A stretch of DNA of 64,000 bases from an uncultured bacterium (GTDB lineage Bacteria > Krumholzibacteriota > Krumholzibacteriia > Krumholzibacteriales > Krumholzibacteriaceae), in NCBI GenBank assembly GCA_963813815.1, contig CAWFAD010000007.1, positions 288,001 through 352,000 of the forward strand. Direction: 5' to 3'. The translations under genes and the position numbers were made by a program. The notes below the pieces were generated by a model that saw only the letters and a program-made list of their open reading frames with translations, ran no database searches and was not told the origin of the DNA. This document shows, piece after piece, positions 61,094 to 64,000 of the stretch; the first letter of the stretch is position 1; each line of letters starts with the position of its first letter.

Positions 61094-61105
61094 CGGGAGC
61101 CTCGG

Positions 61106-61684
61106 ATGTCGCTCATCAACTATTCGTCGCGCGAGATCAACGTCAAGGTCGTCTACTACGGGCCGGGCCTTTGCGGCAAGACGACCAACATCCAGTACAT
61201 CTACGACAAGGTTTCCCCCGAGACGAAGGGGAAGCTCATCACGCTCGCGACCGAGATGGACCGGACCCTCTTCTTCGATTTCCTTCCGCTCGAGCTCGGC
61301 AAGGTGAAGGGGTTTCGCACGCGCTTCCATCTCTACACCGTGCCCGGGCAGGTGTACTACGACGCGAGCCGCAAGCTCATTCTGCGCGGCGTCGACGGGA
61401 TCATTTTCGTCGCCGATTCGCAGCGCGCCCGCTACGACGCGAACATCGAGAGCCTCTACAACCTCCACGAGAATCTCTCGGAGTATCAGCTCAAGCTCGA
61501 CGACATTCCGTACGCGATCCAGTACAACAAGCGCGATATGCCCGACGTGATCGCGGTGAAGGATCTCGAGGAGGAGCTGAACCCGAAGCATTACCCGTCC
61601 TTCGAGGCGGTCGCCGTGAAGGGAGTCGGCGTGTTCGACACCCTCAAGGCAGTCGCAAAGTCCGTGCTGAGAAACCTCTCATAG
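61106..61684 (+). CDS. mglA: Ras-like GTPase MglA
   Basis: INYSSREINVKVVYYGPGLCGKTTN, RTLFFDF, TVPGQ, NKRD. Confidence 0.95.
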   Translation: MSLINYSSREINVKVVYYGPGLCGKTTNIQYIYDKVSPETKGKLITLATEMDRTLFFDFLPLELGKVKGFRTRFHLYTVPGQVYYDASRKLILRGVDGIIFVADSQRARYDANIESLYNLHENLSEYQLKLDDIPYAIQYNKRDMPDVIAVKDLEEELNPKHYPSFEAVAVKGVGVFDTLKAVAKSVLRNLS

Positions 61685-61847
61685 AAAGTGCCGCAACAAG
61701 CAGCGCGCGGGTCCTGTCGCCGATTGCGCCCCGTCCGTGCTCGCTTGCGCTGCGCGCGGCCGGGGGCCCCATCGGCGCCACCCGCGCGCAATCTCCTGAC
61801 GCCATTTCGCTTGCCCCGCGAAGCCGGAGCGGCGTATCCTCTGCTCC

Positions 61848-62300
61848 GTGAAACGATTTGTCGTAACGGCGCTCGCGACGATGTTCGGGAGCGGGTTCTT
61901 TCCCGTGGCGCCGGCCACTTTCGCGAGCCTCGTTTGGCTCGCCATCTATCTCTTCATTCCCGGCGGCGGGTGGCTTGCGCACCCCGCCGTCGCCGCGTGC
62001 GCCGCGGCGGTCGCCGTCTGGATGGCGAACGAAGCGGAGAAGCTCCACGGGCACGACGCCCATTGCATCGTCATCGACGAGTTCGTCGGCATGCAGGTGA
62101 CGTTCATCGGCATGGCGCCGGCGCTTATCCCGGGCATCGTAGGATTCGCGCTCTTCAGGATCTTCGATATCGCGAAGCCGTTTCCCGCCGGCCGTTCGCA
62201 ACGCCTCCCCGGGGGTATCGGGGTGGTCGTGGACGACGTCATCGCGGGCGTCTACGGGAGGCTCGCGCTGCTGGCTCTCTTCATCGTGTTCAAATGGTGA
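61848..62300 (+). CDS. pgpA: Phosphatidylglycerophosphatase A
   Basis: GSGFFP.AP, VIDEFVG, FRIFDI.KP, DDVIAG. Confidence 0.92.
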   Translation: MKRFVVTALATMFGSGFFPVAPATFASLVWLAIYLFIPGGGWLAHPAVAACAAAVAVWMANEAEKLHGHDAHCIVIDEFVGMQVTFIGMAPALIPGIVGFALFRIFDIAKPFPAGRSQRLPGGIGVVVDDVIAGVYGRLALLALFIVFKW

Positions 62301-63541
62301 CGAAACGCATCGAGATCATCGCGATCGGCGACGAGGTGCTCCGCGGGGAGACCCGGGGGAACAACGCCGCTTGGATCGGGCGCTCCCTCGCGAGGGCGGG
62401 GCTCGAGACGCTGCGCTGGACGGCGCTCCCGGACGATCCCAGCGCGCTCGAGGCGGAGTTCCGCGCGGCGGCGGCGCGGAGCGACGCCGTCATCGCCACG
62501 GGCGGGCTCGGCCCCACCGTCGACGACGTCACGAAGGAAGCGCTGATTCGGGCGTTCGGTCTCGACACCGTGTACCGCGCTGATATCGTCCGCGGCGTCG
62601 AGGCGCGCCTCGCGGAGCGCGGGCGGCCGATGCCCGCGGGATACCGCGATCAGGGCCGCGTTCCCTCGTGCGCGGAGATACTCGAGAACGCCGTGGGGCT
62701 CGCCGTCGGGCTTCGCGTGCCCGTCGGCGGTTGCGAGTTCTTTCTCCTGCCCGGCGTGCCCGCCGAGATGGAGCGGATGTTTTCGACCTCCGTGCTCCCC
62801 GTGCTCGGGGCGCCCGGAGAGGATTTCGCCGTGAGGTTCCGGACGTTCGGGCTCACCGAGAGCGAAGCGGAGGACCTGCTCCGCACGGCGGTTCCGGAGG
62901 CGATCGTGCGCGGCGTTTCGATCATTTCGTCCGCGAAGGGGGTCGATCTCTACTTCGCGCGCGGCGGCGATGCCGCTCACGCGGTCGCGGCCGGGCGCGT
63001 CCTCGGGAGCCGCGTTTACGAAATCGGCGACCGTTCCCTCGAGGAGGTCGTCGTGGGGCTCCTTCTCGACGCGGGAAAAACCGTCGCGACCGCCGAATCG
63101 CTCACGGGCGGGTTCCTCGCCTCCGCGATCGTGTCGGTCGGGGGGGCGAGCGGCGCCTTTCGAGAGGGGATCGTCGCCTACGGAAACGAGTCGAAGATCG
63201 AACGTCTCGGCGTCGCGCGGGGGACGATCGAGAGCCACGGCGCCGTGAGCCTCGAAACGTGCGTCGCGATGGCCCGAGGCGAGCGGTCGCGGGCGGGCGT
63301 CGATTTCGCGCTCGCCACGACCGGGATCGCCGGGCCCACGGGAGCCGTGCCGGGAAAGCCCGTCGGCCTCTGCTACGTCGGCTGCGCGGCGCCCGGAGGG
63401 ACGTTCGCGCGGAAATTCCAGTTTCCCGGGGATCGCGAAACGATCCGTTCGCTGGCGGCGTACCATGCGCTCGACCTGCTGCGCCTCTCGCTCATCGGCG
63501 CCGAGGACGCTCTTGCGCCGTTCACCGTCGGAGGAGCATAA
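62294..63541 (+). CDS. cinA: CinA (MocF-like domain plus PncC NMN deamidase)
   Basis: GDEVLRG, TGGLGPTVDD, LPGVP.EM, AESLTGG, TGIAGP. Confidence 0.92.
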   Translation: MVTKRIEIIAIGDEVLRGETRGNNAAWIGRSLARAGLETLRWTALPDDPSALEAEFRAAAARSDAVIATGGLGPTVDDVTKEALIRAFGLDTVYRADIVRGVEARLAERGRPMPAGYRDQGRVPSCAEILENAVGLAVGLRVPVGGCEFFLLPGVPAEMERMFSTSVLPVLGAPGEDFAVRFRTFGLTESEAEDLLRTAVPEAIVRGVSIISSAKGVDLYFARGGDAAHAVAAGRVLGSRVYEIGDRSLEEVVVGLLLDAGKTVATAESLTGGFLASAIVSVGGASGAFREGIVAYGNESKIERLGVARGTIESHGAVSLETCVAMARGERSRAGVDFALATTGIAGPTGAVPGKPVGLCYVGCAAPGGTFARKFQFPGDRETIRSLAAYHALDLLRLSLIGAEDALAPFTVGGA

Positions 63542-63583
63542 TACCGGTCTGGGGTCCATGCTCCGACACAGGAGGTGTCCGGA

Positions 63584-64000
63584 TTGAAAGCGTTCGTCGT
63601 GAACGGAAGCCCGCACGCGGAGAAGGGAAACACGTCGCTCATCCTCGATCCCTTCGTCGAGGGGATGAAGGCCGGCGGCGCCGAGGTGGACGTGTTCTAC
63701 ACGAAGAAGCTCGCCGTCGCGCCGTGCGAGGGAGAGTACGCATGCTGGTTCAAAACGCCGGGTGCCTGCTTCCGGCATGACGACATGGAGGGGCTGCTGC
63801 CGCTCGTTTCCCGGGCGGAGATATTCGTGCTCGCGACGCCCGTCTACGTCGACGGCGCGACGGGGCCGCTCAAGAGCTTCATGGACCGGCTCATTCCGAT
63901 CGGCCATCCGGCGATCGAGCTCCGCGACGGCCATTGCCGGCATCCGCAGCGCACGCGGCTCGACGGGGGCGTGCTCGTCCTCGTGTCGAATTGCGGTTTC
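63584..64000 (+). CDS. Flavodoxin-fold / iron-sulfur flavoprotein family protein (3' partial; absent from the ORF track)
   Basis: GGAGG SD, TTG start; KAFVVNGSP..KGNT, PCEGEYACW.KTPG.C...DDM, ATPVY, KSFMDR. Confidence 0.8.
   Translation, partial: MKAFVVNGSPHAEKGNTSLILDPFVEGMKAGGAEVDVFYTKKLAVAPCEGEYACWFKTPGACFRHDDMEGLLPLVSRAEIFVLATPVYVDGATGPLKSFMDRLIPIGHPAIELRDGHCRHPQRTRLDGGVLVLVSNCGF

Overview
GC-rich chromosomal segment from a diderm bacterium. A C-terminal FlgD-Ig/T9SS-like sorting domain, lipoproteins and a beta-barrel OMP suggest the FCB group or a relative (inference only). It is mostly core genome: fusA-like (EF-G II type)-yebC-ruvCAB-queA-tgt-yajC-def-fmt-PASTA-rpe; ffh-rpsP-khpA-rimM-trmD-rplS-rnhB-yraN; iscS-mnmA; a 2-oxoacid oxidoreductase operon; tadA-tRNAs-SRP RNA-dnaX-ybaB-recR-mglB-mglA-pgpA-cinA. 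A surface-glycan and peptide-utilisation region lies at about 22-42 kb. There are six tRNAs (all four Ser isoacceptors, Arg-ACG, Ala-CGC) and a long Alu-containing SRP RNA. I saw no mobile element, CRISPR array or rRNA. The most notable observations are: (1) an unannotated ~120-nt rod-shaped RNA gene at 21056-21177 (minus strand) with a perfect TTGACA-N17-TATAAT promoter, a candidate short 6S RNA; (2) a POR delta subunit split by a complete GltD/NfnB-like flavoenzyme; (3) a probable 1-bp frameshift in tadA; (4) a DUF6364-like/PIN toxin-antitoxin pair with an operator palindrome and a possibly degenerate active site. All calls come from reading motifs by eye; no database searches or folding programs were run.
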